Shown: positions 49,444 through 50,361 of the stretch, in pieces
Layout of the letters: each line of letters opens with the position of its first letter
Numbering within the stretch: position 1 is the first letter of the stretch
Position numbers and translations under genes: made by a program
NCBI GenBank assembly: GCA_001600815.1
Contig: BCKZ01000038.1
Location: forward strand, 55,819 to 106,179
Direction: 5' to 3'
Length of the DNA: 50,361 nt
Source: Alloascoidea hylecoeti
Taxonomy: Eukaryota
The notes under the pieces: generated by a model
Told to the model about the DNA's origin: nothing
What the model saw: the letters and a program-made list of their open reading frames with translations, nothing else
The model's database searches: none

Positions 49444-49810
49444 TATATAACAACAAAAACAACAAAAACAACCTCAGAATCACGCAGTTTTAGGTATCAG
49501 ATCTAGAGTAGAATTAATATTATTTGTGATGAAGAACAATCCAGAAGACTCTAAAACATGGCCCCGGCCTAAACTGTGTATAATATATGGAGGATGTTTT
49601 CTTACAGAACTTTTGTTAATACTCTGAATTAAAATTGGTGAACAGTTTATTTAACAATAAGAATTGGTTAATTGTTGAAAAGAATTGACAGATCAACCAA
49701 AAAGAAATAAGATTGAAGGTGAGAACGAATTTGTCAATTATTAACGATTGTTCTGAGTCAGTCTGCCAGAAGTCCGAAACCCGAAGTAACCTGCCTAAGG
49801 TTGGGGTGTG

Positions 49811-49901
49811 TGTTGGATATATTACACTCTTGGAACAGTTCACTAAACAGTCGATTGGTTTTTTGGCGCAACTGGGAGAACAGGCACTTTGAACTTTAAC
49901 A
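49811..49901 (+). mobile_element. 91-bp LTR-like unit, copy 3, probably a 3' LTR still attached to internal sequence
   Basis: Near-identical to copy 2. No TSD. It is immediately preceded by G-rich AAGGTTGGGGTGTG (PPT-like) and a decayed coding-like stretch. Confidence 0.75.
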
Positions 49902-50361
49902 ATTGTGATTAGATATATTTGTTTCTAACATTAAATAGTTAGAAGGTATATAATAAATTGTTGAATGACGTAATTGGGCTGTAACCTTATAACTTCCTAT
50001 AGCTAGTATATTTAGAAAAAGAGGTATCAGCTACAGTATAGAGATATTGGATTCAGAATAATGCAGAAATTAATGTAAAATATTTTATTTTTTTGTTCCT
50101 TCTCCTCCTTGAGCTTCACAAACTCTTGCATAGTTTCATTTAATTGCTTAATATAAAGTTCTAAGCTCATTGTGGTGTCAGCGATTTTAAAGTGTTATAG
50201 GAAAATTATTGCTCTATTCTCAGTTATCTTATTATAAGTGGAAATCATCTACTCTATATATATGTAATTTATTTTACCCCTCAAAAATAATGTAGATCTT
50301 CTAGTAAACCCAATACTCCTTCTTCACTAACACCAAAACGTCAATTAAAACTAATTGGTTT

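Noticed and set aside
32103..49901. CRISPR-like array or tRNA/snoRNA interpretation of the 91-bp repeat
   Set aside because: The copies are dispersed without spacers, I could see no cloverleaf or box A/B, and TG..CA ends with TSDs explain them better.

Overview
AT-rich genomic DNA from a budding yeast (Saccharomycotina) with short spliceosomal introns. CTG appears to encode Leu. Conserved housekeeping genes: the 5' part of NUM1 (runs off the left edge), an EXG1-type exo-beta-1,3-glucanase, and a compact block CNB1 - SIS-domain sugar isomerase - PAF1 - DPB11 - TFC7 (23.2-30.5 kb). The rest behaves like an accessory, duplication-rich region: two tandem PSP1-domain genes, three small basic/Gly-rich paralogues (one missed by the ORF track), two C2H2 zinc-finger paralogues (one with 23-aa tandem repeats), a multi-pass membrane protein with a truncated paralogue, and several F-box pseudogenes. 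Mobile DNA includes a 5'-truncated, dead Tad-like LINE with a poly(A) tail, a probable second LINE relic, three copies of a 91-bp TG..CA solo-LTR-like unit with 5-bp target-site duplications (TSDs), and a 538-bp fold-back element with a perfect 5-bp TSD. The last two share the 12-bp terminus TGTTAAAGTTCA. All calls come from reading the sequence; no database searches were run.
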